The translations under genes and the position numbers were made by a program. From assembly GCA_963788655.1 (NCBI GenBank), contig CAWBHS010000060.1, positions 160,001 to 224,000 on the forward strand: a stretch of 64,000 bases of DNA, given 5' to 3'. This document shows, piece after piece, positions 28,988 through 38,495 of the stretch. Numbering within the stretch: position 1 is the first letter of the stretch; each line of letters opens with the position of its first letter. The stretch is from an uncultured Verrucomicrobiae bacterium. Lineage in GTDB: Bacteria; Verrucomicrobiota; Verrucomicrobiia; Limisphaerales; JAFGQR01. The notes under the pieces were generated by a model. The model was not told the origin of the DNA, did not search any database, and worked only from the letters and a program-made list of their open reading frames with translations.

Positions 28988-29848
28988 GGTAGCGGCACGA
29001 ATGTTTTTTGGCGATTCAGTTTCGATCCCGGCAAGGGTAAACCGTTTTTTCATCCGTTAGCTCCGGGCGGGCACACGCCTCTGACCAACTTCAAACCCGC
29101 GGACCATCCGTGGCATTACGCGCTGTGGTTCTCTTGGAAATACATCAACCACCCCAACGACCCCAAGCACGTGAATTATTGGGAGGAAGACCGCACTACC
29201 GGTCATGCGCAAGGCAAAACCCGCTGGGATCCTCCGACGATTGAGACGCAGCCGGACGGGCGGGCCACCATCCGGCTGAGGCTCAGCTATGTGAATCCTT
29301 CGGGCGAAACCGAGATGACCGAACTTCGGGAACTGCACGTTTCTGAGCCCGCGGCAGATGGCGGCTTCTCCATTGACTGGCAAGCGCACTTCACGGCTGG
29401 CGACCAAGACCTGGTCCTCGACCGGACGCCGATGCCCGGCGAACCGGGCGGTGCGGTGAACGGCGGCTACGCCGGCTTGAGCGCGCGCATGGTTCCGCTG
29501 CCGGTTACCATGTCGGTGGTCACCACCGCCGGACCAGTGGAGCGGTTTGTCAGGAATCGCGCCCGGCCCAATGCCGCGGCGGTGGCCTGCAATTTCAGCG
29601 ACGGTTCGCGGGACATCGGCAGCCTCGCCTTCTTCTCCGACCCGGCCAACACCGGCGGGGACGCAGCGTGGTACATCATTGATTCCAAACAAATGCCATT
29701 TGTTTGCCAGGCGCTGCTGGCGCCCAAGCCCAAATCGGTGCCGGCGCATGGCGAATTCACCCTGCGCTACCGGATCGGCGTCAGCCCAAATTCGTGGACG
29801 CAGGCCGGATTGGAAGCCGCCCAGAAGGAATGGCTAAAGAAGAAATAA
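28859..29848 (+). CDS. Secreted DUF6807 / 'PmoA-like' family protein (not particulate methane monooxygenase)
   Basis: Signal peptide, then KPFFHPL, DHPWHYALWFSW, VNYWEE, GGYAGLSARM and FTLRYRI; soluble beta-sandwich character. Confidence 0.75.
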   Translation: MTLMNTTKPFSIGQAASVGLLVLGLFPTAALGEWQRDDTSLAWGSGTNVFWRFSFDPGKGKPFFHPLAPGGHTPLTNFKPADHPWHYALWFSWKYINHPNDPKHVNYWEEDRTTGHAQGKTRWDPPTIETQPDGRATIRLRLSYVNPSGETEMTELRELHVSEPAADGGFSIDWQAHFTAGDQDLVLDRTPMPGEPGGAVNGGYAGLSARMVPLPVTMSVVTTAGPVERFVRNRARPNAAAVACNFSDGSRDIGSLAFFSDPANTGGDAAWYIIDSKQMPFVCQALLAPKPKSVPAHGEFTLRYRIGVSPNSWTQAGLEAAQKEWLKKK

Positions 29849-29872
29849 GCCCCGGGCGTTGAAGTCAGCAAC

Positions 29873-29892
29873 CTCCGGAAAACCGGAGGCTT
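29873..29892 (+). terminator. GC-rich hairpin downstream of the DUF6807 gene
   Basis: CCTCCGG-AAAA-CCGGAGG, about 25 bp after the stop; the U-tract is weak. Confidence 0.4.
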
Positions 29893-29975
29893 GAAGCGAT
29901 GAGCGGCTCAAAGCCATCGGTGCATCGCAGCGGCCTCGGCGAATCATGGCGTATTGGTTTGCGGACGTTTCCTTG

Positions 29976-30172
29976 CCCCTCACCCCGGCCCTATCCCCCA
30001 GGGAGAGGGAGAATGCTCGGCGCCCGCCGGAGATATTCGACCGCTGCCGAATATTTGTGGCCGATGCGTGCTAACCAGGAGACGGCGCCGAACGCGCACT
30101 GGCCGACTGAACCTTCGACACAGCTCCGCCGGCTCTTCCCTCTCCCTGAGGGAGAGGGTCAGGGTGAGGGGG
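29976..30172. repeat. REP doublet (CCCTCACCCCGGCCCT-TCCC...GGGAGAGGG class)
   Basis: CCCCTCACCCCGGCCCTATCCCCCAGGGAGAGGG with inverted partner CCCTCTCCCTGAGGGAGAGGGTCAGGGTGAGGGG. Confidence 0.8.
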
Positions 30173-30368
30173 AACCAACCGCCCCGCCAAGCCAGCAGTC
30201 TCCAAGCCTCCCGGAAATCTGGAACGACACGAGTCCTCCGGTGCCGCCGGAGATATCGCGGTCCGCAAATGACACCCCAGCCAAGAGCGGTTCGCCAATG
30301 ACAACGAGGCGCACAGGATGCTGTCGATTGCATTTCTCTTTTGTCGATCCCCCGCTCCGGCTCCCATC

Positions 30369-30430
30369 AACACCCCGTTTCAACGGGGAGTGGGGCGGAC
30401 GGCGATGGGGGCGAACTGTTTCAACGGTTT
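30369..30430. repeat. REP-like element with two small hairpins
   Basis: CACCCCGTTTCAACGGGGAGTG followed by AACTGTTTCAACGGTTT. Confidence 0.55.
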
Positions 30431-30495
30431 CTTGGCTTGCCAGTGACTTCCAATCAGGCAAAGACTGGCGCATGTCGCTTCACTCCTACACAGCT

Positions 30496-31883
30496 ATGAA
30501 TACGAACAGAGTAATACAGAATCGGAAAGACGGACAGACAGCCAGGAAGATATCCCGGCGACGTGCGATCAAGTTCCTCGCAAAAACCGGCGCCGCCGGA
30601 GTGGCCAGCTTTTCCATTGTGCCCAGCCGTATGCTTGGAGGCGAGGCAGCCCCCAGCAACAAGGTCATCATGGCGGCCATCGGTACCGGCGGCCGTTCCC
30701 CGGCCGATACCGGGGCCCTGGCCAGGTTCGCGGATGTGCAATTCGCCGCGGTGTGCGATGTGGACCTGGCCCGGGCCCGGCAGAACGCCAAACGCCTGAA
30801 GCTGGACGAGAAGAGTATCTATCAGGATTACCGCCCCATGCTGGAACGTAATGACATTGATGCTGTCGTCATCGCCAGCCCTGACCATTGGCACGCCCTG
30901 CACTCCATCGACGCCGCGCTTGCGGGCAAGGATGTCTATGTCGAAAAGTGCATGACCCTGACCGTCGCCGAGGGGCGGGCGATGGTCAAAGCCATCCGCA
31001 AAAACAAGCGCGTGTTGCAGGTGGGCAGCCAGCAGCGTTCCCAATCCAACTTCCACCGCGCGTGCATGCTGATCCGCAACGGCTACATCGGGAAGGTCAC
31101 CAAGGTGATCGGTGTCAACTTTGCCGGCGCCTGGGAATGTAAACTACCGGCCCAGCCCGTTCCGAGAGACCCTGGACTGGGACAAGTGGATGGGCCAGGT
31201 GGAGCCCAAGCCATTCAACGAGAATATCCGCACCAGTCGATCCCGTCCGGGGTGGCTGTCGATCAAGGATTTTTGCGGCGGCGAGATTTGCGGTTGGGGT
31301 GCGCATGACCTGGACCAGGTGCAATGGGCGCTGGGCATGGACGAAAGCCGGCCCGACCGAAGTGTGGGTGGAAGGCCAGCCATACAAGCCCTGGATCGCC
31401 GACGAAAACTCGAAGTATGGCCGGTTCTTCGGCGCCAAGGAGACCATCATCCACATGATGTATCCCGGAGGCATACCCTTGGAACTTTCGGAAAATGCCA
31501 ATCCCAACGGGGGCGCCCTGTTCATCGGCGAGAAGGGGCGAATCCGCATCGACCGCGGGCGGTTTGAGGTCAGCGACCCAGCGTGGAAGACCATCCCGCT
31601 GGAAAACATGCCCGTGCAACTGTACACCGCCCGCAACCACTATCGGAACTTCGTGGATGGCATCAAAGAGCGTGAGAAGTGTGTGTGCGATGTGGAGATC
31701 GGGCACCGTTCGGCCACGGTGTGTCACCTGGGCAACATCGCCCGCTGGGTCAGCCAGCAGACTCAGACGGTCGGCACCAAGCTGATCTGGGATCCCGTCA
31801 AGGAAGAGTTCAAAGACAACGCCCTGGCCAACTCGATGCTGGACCGTCCGCGCCGGAAGGGATTTGAACTGCCAAAGGTCTGA
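30496..31883 (+). CDS. Tat-exported Gfo/Idh/MocA-family oxidoreductase (frameshifts at about 31165 and 31350)
   Basis: SRRRAIKFL, IGTGGRS, AVCDVD, DAVVIASPDHWHA, GKDVYVEK and LQVGSQQRS; then LDWDKWMG and WGAHDLDQVQWALG; then HYRNFVDGIK, VEIGHRSATVCHLGNIA and LIWDP. Confidence 0.9.
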
Positions 31884-31886
31884 GCA

Positions 31887-32021
31887 CCTGTCTGGAAAAT
31901 CCGGAGCGCGGCTGTGTCATCCTCGACCAGCCGCAGCAGGTGTCGAATTTCCAGCTCAATGCGTTTCTCCCACCGCCCCACGGCTGGTCTTCGGTACAGC
32001 CGCGCTACTTTTGCAGACAGG
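31887..32021. repeat. Inverted-repeat miniature element (REP doublet / MITE-like)
   Basis: Left arm CCTGTCTGGAAAATCCGGAGCGCGGCTGTGTC...GACCAGCCG pairs with right arm CGGCTGGTC...ACAGCCGCGCTACTTTTGCAGACAGG; lies between convergent genes. Confidence 0.7.
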
Positions 32022-32072
32022 CTCTGAGAAATCCAAAGAGGGCGACCGCAGGCTGATTCGCTTCATGGGACC

Positions 32073-35000
32073 TCAACGTCGAAGGTCATTACTTCTCCGA
32101 ACGTCCGAGAAGTTTCTGATCGCGTAAGCGGGTGAGCCATCGGCCCATTGCGAAACGTTGCGTGCTGGGTCGCAGGAAAAACCGGATGCTTCCAGGTCGT
32201 ATTTGCTCGAATTCCAGAGGGCATTGACAGAGGTGAACGAAGCTGCCGGGCGGACGAGGCGGATTCCGCGTCGGACCGTGTCGTCACCGGTCTGGGCGCT
32301 CCAATCCGCGGCGGGAACGGAGCAACTCGGAGGAGGGGTTTCGTTGTCCTTGGAGCTTTCGATAATGTGCCACACCGCCACGCCGGAGTCAGGGGTTGGA
32401 AAATCCCAATCGTATCGGGAATTGTCAGAGGGCGCAGGGCGTGTCTCGAGTATTAGATACTCATCCTCAGTCACGCTGGGAATGCGGGGCAGCACGACCA
32501 CTTCCCGGCTCACCTTCACGTCCTCCAATGAGACGCCATCGCTATTTTCGGAGATGATCCAGGGCGTCACCCATCCCAATGCCAGCTTATAGGCCGGGTT
32601 TAGATGGGAAGTTCTATCTGACACCCCATCCATGAGCGCGAAGTCGCCCGGACGCGTCGGGACGGATGGACTGTACAAGTCCAGCGAGTACAAATCGTTA
32701 AGATCGAAGATCAAATGACCCAGCTCGTGGGCGGCGACCACGTAGTCTTGCTTCGGATCACTCATATACAAGTCCGTGATCACGTCCAGGTAAACCCCAT
32801 CCCGAAGCTTGGGATCTCCCCCCTCCCAAAGATCGCGCACGAAGCCGCGAGGCTCGATCTGGGGCTTGACGATGACGATGGCCAACTCATTCCGTGACGA
32901 AATGTATCCGTCCCCGTCGAAATCATAATCGGAGAACTTGAAACCGGCGGTTTCTGCCTTGGTAACCGCTTCGATCCAAATGTCCTGATAGGAGAGGGCG
33001 CCATTCCAAGTCCCGTCTGGGCCCTCGTAGTAATCGGTCCAATCGAAATCTGTTTCAAAGGGGCCGAGCACCCCGGCGTTGACCAGTTCAATCCTCCCAC
33101 CCGAGACCTCGTGGTAGTAGTCGGCGACGCTGTTGCTGGAGCCGAAGAAGGCTTCCTCGAGATCGGCGATGGCGGGAATCGGCTCACCGTTTCCGCTGAG
33201 ACTCTTCGGCACGGCGAGATCGTCCGGGACGGGATCATCAATTCCCTTCGGGATGGCGAGAATCACCAAGACGTTTCGTTTCCCGAAAACCGGTTCGACG
33301 CGAAAGCTCTTCACTTCCTCCTCCGTTTTAAGCGCACCGCGTCCGAGAAAGGGTGCCTCCGCCAGATCGGGGACCGCGTGCTGCTTGGCCGAGATGATCA
33401 TGCTCCGATCACTCATCCCAGGAACCGCAGACGCATTCAAGCCGAGAACCCTCCACTTCATAGCTACCTCGGAGAATGTCTCCGCGCCCCCGGCGTTGAC
33501 ATGCTTTGCATCGAAGACAAACGCATGAGTTCCGTACGGGTTTTCCGAGGCAGTGAACACCGTCACCGATCCAGGCACCGGCACGCCGTCGATGGTGAGA
33601 ACGACCTGGGTAAGGAAGTGCTCCCACACGGGCTCCGGTTGATGGACACTGGCGCTGAAAATCACTGAGAGGTCCGAATCCGGAGGCAGGAGAATGTTCT
33701 TTTGGAGGACCGTAGTAAAGGCACCCGACGCCGCTGGGTGGACCCAGTCATTTCCGCTCAGGAACCAGATCCTTACCGGCGAGGTGCTGAGGTCATTCCC
33801 TGCGGAAACGACCAGGGTCCGGTCTTTCAGGCCGACGGTAGCGTCGAAGTTTCCGGAATACTGCACCCTCACTTCGTGGAGGCCGGCATCGAGGCCTTCC
33901 ATCCCGAAGGCCATGCTCCGGGCGCCTTGAAATCCGTCGGAGACGAAAACCACCGGCCCCGGTTCCGCCACCACGCCATCCACCAGGACCTGCACGATCA
34001 TGGTCCCCCCGAATTCGGAGTAGGCCTCGGCGCTAAAGGTCGCCGTCAGGAATTCCCCTTTCTCCGTGTTCACATTCACCTCCAGGTCTGGGACGTCTTG
34101 CCAAATGTCCAAGTCGCTTTCAATATCCAAGCCACTCTTCGGAGTCGCGGTGACCAAGGAGCTCTGGCGAATGAGGAGGCCGGCTCCATTCATGTATCCG
34201 ATTCCGCCCTTGTCCACCATCCACTGAGCTTCCACCGTGTGCAGGCCACGGTCGAAGCGACCGGTAAATTCGAAGGAACGTGCCCCCAACTCAATCGAGG
34301 GTTTGCGGCCGACGGCCAAGATCACGTCCGCCGGAGCCATTGGCTTCCCGTCCACAAGGAGCCGAACAAACATCTGCTTGCCCGGCCCGTCCACGAAGCA
34401 GTCGGCCGTCAGCATGATGGCCACCGGGATGTTGTCGCCCTCCACCCGGAAGTTCGCGGCCAGCTTATCGTATCCGCCGCGGATATTCGTCCACCGGTCG
34501 CTGTAGGTCGCACGATAGGAATTCCACGCACAATTCGCCACCATCCAGGGATGTGACTTGTTCCCGGGATAATCGCCGAGCGCTCGTACCGATCGAGAAC
34601 TAAAGGTCGGCTGGGGAACGGCATCCGGCGGCGGATCAAACTCGTACTCAAGCCGAAAGAATTGTCTCAATGTTCGGGCGTCCGGACCAACCAAATAGCT
34701 TCCCTTTCCGTCCGTGGTGGGGACAGCTCGAGTCCACTTCTTCAGGTCGGTCGAAGTGAAGAGCTGGTGCGCAATCGTGCCGGCTGCTGCGGCTTCGGGA
34801 TCCACATGGTAGCGAAATTCGGGGCGGCCTTGACGGCCCAACCAGACCTGAGGCGCGTTCTTCCAATTCGGGTCGGATGCGCCGGGGAGAACGGGACTCA
34901 GATGGTGGAGTTTCTCTCCGACATTGGGAATCCCATCCCCGTCAGGGTCCGCTTTCCAGCTTCGCTCGTGAACGCTCAGTCCTCGAACGGTTCGAATCCA

Positions 35001-35219
35001 TTCGTTATACGAGTATTTCTCTTGAGCCGCAGCCCACCCACTCGCGCAAATGGTGCCTATGGCGACGACAACGGCCACGAAGGAACGTCCCCTCGGTTCC
35101 CTCGAGTTGAATTGGTCAACCGAGCGACCGCCGTTGATGCAATCAAGGACGATCTCCGGTGCGCTCGGTGGGGCTGGCTTGGTGGTTTCGGGCCGTGGTT
35201 CCTGATATTTCTTGATCAT
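32073..35219 (-). CDS. Secreted M6-family (immune inhibitor A-like) zinc metalloprotease with N-terminal accessory domains
   Basis: SVADYYHEVSGGRI, FSDYDFDGDGYI, AAHELGHLIFDLNDLY, GDFALMD, HLNPAYKLALGWVTP, EYLILETR and GVAVWHI. Hydrophobic signal region. The extreme C-terminus is possibly frameshifted (alternative end 32063). Confidence 0.85.
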   Translation of the reverse strand: MIKKYQEPRPETTKPAPPSAPEIVLDCINGGRSVDQFNSREPRGRSFVAVVVAIGTICASGWAAAQEKYSYNEWIRTVRGLSVHERSWKADPDGDGIPNVGEKLHHLSPVLPGASDPNWKNAPQVWLGRQGRPEFRYHVDPEAAAAGTIAHQLFTSTDLKKWTRAVPTTDGKGSYLVGPDARTLRQFFRLEYEFDPPPDAVPQPTFSSRSVRALGDYPGNKSHPWMVANCAWNSYRATYSDRWTNIRGGYDKLAANFRVEGDNIPVAIMLTADCFVDGPGKQMFVRLLVDGKPMAPADVILAVGRKPSIELGARSFEFTGRFDRGLHTVEAQWMVDKGGIGYMNGAGLLIRQSSLVTATPKSGLDIESDLDIWQDVPDLEVNVNTEKGEFLTATFSAEAYSEFGGTMIVQVLVDGVVAEPGPVVFVSDGFQGARSMAFGMEGLDAGLHEVRVQYSGNFDATVGLKDRTLVVSAGNDLSTSPVRIWFLSGNDWVHPAASGAFTTVLQKNILLPPDSDLSVIFSASVHQPEPVWEHFLTQVVLTIDGVPVPGSVTVFTASENPYGTHAFVFDAKHVNAGGAETFSEVAMKWRVLGLNASAVPGMSDRSMIISAKQHAVPDLAEAPFLGRGALKTEEEVKSFRVEPVFGKRNVLVILAIPKGIDDPVPDDLAVPKSLSGNGEPIPAIADLEEAFFGSSNSVADYYHEVSGGRIELVNAGVLGPFETDFDWTDYYEGPDGTWNGALSYQDIWIEAVTKAETAGFKFSDYDFDGDGYISSRNELAIVIVKPQIEPRGFVRDLWEGGDPKLRDGVYLDVITDLYMSDPKQDYVVAAHELGHLIFDLNDLYSLDLYSPSVPTRPGDFALMDGVSDRTSHLNPAYKLALGWVTPWIISENSDGVSLEDVKVSREVVVLPRIPSVTEDEYLILETRPAPSDNSRYDWDFPTPDSGVAVWHIIESSKDNETPPPSCSVPAADWSAQTGDDTVRRGIRLVRPAASFTSVNALWNSSKYDLEASGFSCDPARNVSQWADGSPAYAIRNFSDVRRSNDLRR

Positions 35220-35530
35220 AACGCTTCCTTCCAATCGGGTGATTACGCCCAGTCCGCTCGCTGATTACCAAGCGGGCTTGGCGGCTCAGTGTTCTTCGTT
35301 CATGCAATACAGAAGATTTCCTAGGGCGTTTTTACAGGCTGATGGAATCTATTTGCCCACCGCCCGAAAAAACGGCAATCGGTTGGGACTCCGGGCGTGA
35401 AGTGGAGGGGATTCGACTTTGCCCTTCCGCGACGCGCAGACCCTGCTAGAATCTCACCATGAAGACGTTGGCCACTTGAGCAGAAGGTGGATGATTCCCG
35501 TCTCGAAAACCGGCAAATGACAAACGCATC

Positions 35531-37664
35531 ATGCACCAATCAATCCTTTCACGTTCATTCACGGCAACACTGCTAGTCGGCTGCACTCTATTGAGTCCCG
35601 CAGCCACGAAGGAGAGTTCTGGTCTTCCTCCAGCGGCGACCAAGCATTGGACCGCCGACAACGGCAACGGCACCTACTCCAATCCGCTGTTTTACGAGGA
35701 GTTCGAGGATCCGGATGTCATCCGCGTGGGCGACGACTATTACCTCGCCGGCACCACCATGCACATGAATCCCGCCGTTCAATTGATGCATTCCAAGGAT
35801 CTGGTGAACTGGGAACTGGCCGGCTACTGCATGGACCGGCTGGACCTAGGCCCGGCCTATCCGGCTCGAAGGCGGGAACATTTACGGCCGGGGCATCTGG
35901 GCGCCCTGCCTCCGCTATCACAACGGCATGTTCTATGTCTTCTCCAACGTCAACGGCGCGGGTCTCCAGGTCTTCCGCTCCAAGTCCATTAACGGTCCGT
36001 GGGAACGAAACCAACTGCCCGGACGGCACGACCTGTCGGTGCTCTTCGATGACGACTGGCAAGATCTATATCATCTCCGGCAACCGCAGCCCCTATCCCA
36101 TCGAAGAACTGGCGCCGGACCTGAAGATCCTTCGTGCCAGGCGTCCGTTACGAGCTCGATCGCGCCGAATGGGCGAAGGCCATCACCTCTACAAGATCAA
36201 CGGCAAGTATGTCGATGTGTCCGCCATTCCCGGCGGGCCGGTGGATCAGATGGTTGCCGTTGCGGATTCCATTGAAGGCCCATGGAAGGTCGACGCGCAT
36301 GGTGCAGGGCGAGTCATTGGGCGTGACAGCCGCAGCCCCTGCGCGCGCTCAAGCCAATGATCGCGGACTCTGGCTGCATCAGGGCGGCATTGTCGATACG
36401 CCTTCCGGCGAATGGTGGAGCATCATCATGTCCGACCACGGCAGCGCCGGCCGCATGGTCGCCCTGGTCCCCATCACCTGGGACAACGGCTTCCCGCTCA
36501 TCGGCCTGCCGGGCAATCTCCGCAAAGCGCCCAATACCTGGATCAAGCCCAACACCGGCTTACACCCAGGAGCCGAAGCCAGCGTTCATCCACGACGACA
36601 ACTTCGACGACGGCAAGCTCAATCCGCTCTGGCAATGGAATCACGTTCCCGATGACACGCAAGTGGTCCCTCACCGAGAAACCCGGTGTGCTGCGCCTGC
36701 ATTCGCTGCCCGCCAATGATTTTTATCACGCCCGCAACAGCCTCTGCCAGCGTCCGCCCGGACCCGAGTCCATCATGACCGTCGAACTGGACACGACCGG
36801 GCTGGTTGCCGGCGACACTGCGGGCCTGGCGCTGTTGAGTTCACCCTACGCCTGGATCGGCGTGGTGAAGTCCGCCGAGGGCACGACGCTGCAGATGCAC
36901 ACCAGCCCCAACGTGCGCCGCGGATTCGGGCGCCGAGGTGGCGCGGCCCCGAGCCCGGCCAATCCGCCCACCATCGGCCCGACCAATCCGCCCAGTCATC
37001 TGTGGCTTCGCGTTCACTGCAACTTTGACACCGACGAAGCCGTCTTCAGTTGGAGCGCCGATGGCAAGGAGTTCACGCCCCTGGGCAAGCCTTTCACCAT
37101 GACCTTCCAACTGCGGACCTTCCAAGGCGTGCGTCCCGCCCTGTTCAACTACAACACCTCCGGCCAGCCCGGCGGTTATGCCGACTTTGACAACTACACC
37201 GTCGAGGAACCTCGCGCCCGTGGCATTGAACGCGAGATTCCCATGGGCAAGACCATCACGCTGACCAGCGGCGCCGACGGCAGCTATCCTGGCCGCCGAT
37301 CCGCAGAACAACGTGCTGGTCAATGTTGCGGCTGATGCTGCGGGAACCGCACCCCAGGATGCGCAGGTTCCAGGTCGTCGATCTGGGCCTGGGCCGCGTG
37401 GCGCTCAAGGCCAGCAACGGCCGGTTTGTTTCCGCTGCTGAAGAAGCCGTTGTATTGAAAGACCTCGCCGGACAGAATCCTGGCGAAGCCGAGTCATTCC
37501 AATGGATCAACCTGATGCGCGGCGACACCCTGCTCATGTCATTGACCAATCATCGTTATCTGGCCACCAAGCCAAACGAGCCCGGTCCGGTGACCGTTAC
37601 CGCAACGGGCCCGCAACCGGCCCGCAAGGGTGGCGCGTGTTTCAAATGGAAGGCAGTCGAATGA
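35531..37664 (+). CDS. Secreted GH43 glycoside hydrolase (beta-xylosidase/arabinofuranosidase type) with C-terminal beta-sandwich and fascin-like domain; many frameshifts
   Basis: WTADNGNGTYSNPLFYEEFEDPDVIRVGDDYYL, HSKDLVNWE, GIWAPCLRYHNG, DLSVLFDDD, GEGHHLYKINGKY, LHQGGIVDTPSGEWW, PLWQWNHVP, FQGVRPALFNYN and VALKASNGRFVS, across successive frames. Confidence 0.88.
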
Positions 37665-37797
37665 ATCACGATTCACACTTCAAGGTGTTCAATGGTGTCT
37701 CAGTGCTTTGTCGCTGCTGACATTCTTCGGTTCTGAATTTACTTGGGGATCTCGAGTCGTGGCCTCCACAGTCCAACAGCCCGTTGAAGAAGTCCTC

Positions 37798-38190
37798 GGA
37801 AAGATCTCCAATCAACCGTGGCAAAGCCACACCGATTCGGAGGCGCGCATCACGAAAATGAACGATGGGCGGACGCATTTGGCCTGCGAGGCCGAGCATG
37901 CGGTGGACCTGGAAAGCCAAGCGATCGTGGCGGCGCACGTGCCCCATGCGGACCGGGGGGATGGCACAACGGGCGTGGAGCGCGCGGTGCTGGCGCAAAC
38001 CAACCTGACGGCCGCCGGCAGCGGACAGGCAAAGGACGGCGGTTGAACCGGTGGCACAGTGAACGGTGTAAGCGGACCGTTACGCATGTGTGCGAAACCG
38101 TAGGGGGTCGGCAGACTTGGTTTCGAGGCCTGACGCACACGAACAAAATGCATACCTTAAGATGCTTGCTCCGGTTGCGCGAGCGGTTGC
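37798..38190 (+). pseudogene. Degenerate transposase fragment (IS1182/IS5-like DDE)
   Basis: KISNQPWQSHTDSEARITKMNDGRTHLACEAEHAVDLESQAIVAAHV...DRGD, plus a later HVCETVGGRQTWFRGL that resembles the C-terminal 'ERSFAH..ETGG.RR..LRG' segment. No N-terminus, and the middle is missing. Confidence 0.7.
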
Positions 38191-38495
38191 TGGAACCACG
38201 TCAGGACGAATCACCATGAAATCCAAAGTGCAAAATCGCGATCAATTCCTGGCTGAAGTCATGGCCAATGAAAGTCTGGCCGACAACGGTTGGTGTTTTT
38301 GGACCAGGCTCGAAGGTGATCGGGGTTGTGAGCTTGCCTTCGCTGCCTTAAATCGATCACCAGGTTGCCACCAGTAAATTCGCTGCGGTTGGATAGAGAA
38401 GCTCCAATCTCCCTTCGTAATTCACGCGGAGGCCGCCCGGACACCGGGAAATATTTCGCGACAACTCGGCGCCTGCTTTCGTATAGTCGGGTTAA

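Noticed and set aside
28859..29848. Methane monooxygenase subunit PmoA
   Set aside because: The protein is soluble and secreted, lacks the multi-TM profile of pMMO subunit A, and has no pmoB or pmoC beside it; the family name is misleading.
29899..30495. N-terminal 200 aa of ORF 29899-31308
   Set aside because: This is read-through across REP elements; the Tat leader and Rossmann fold begin near ATG 30496.
35395..35425. tRNA-like fragment (GTGGAGGGGATTCGAC) as a possible att site
   Set aside because: The resemblance is too short, no cloverleaf can be formed, and there is no second copy or integrase.
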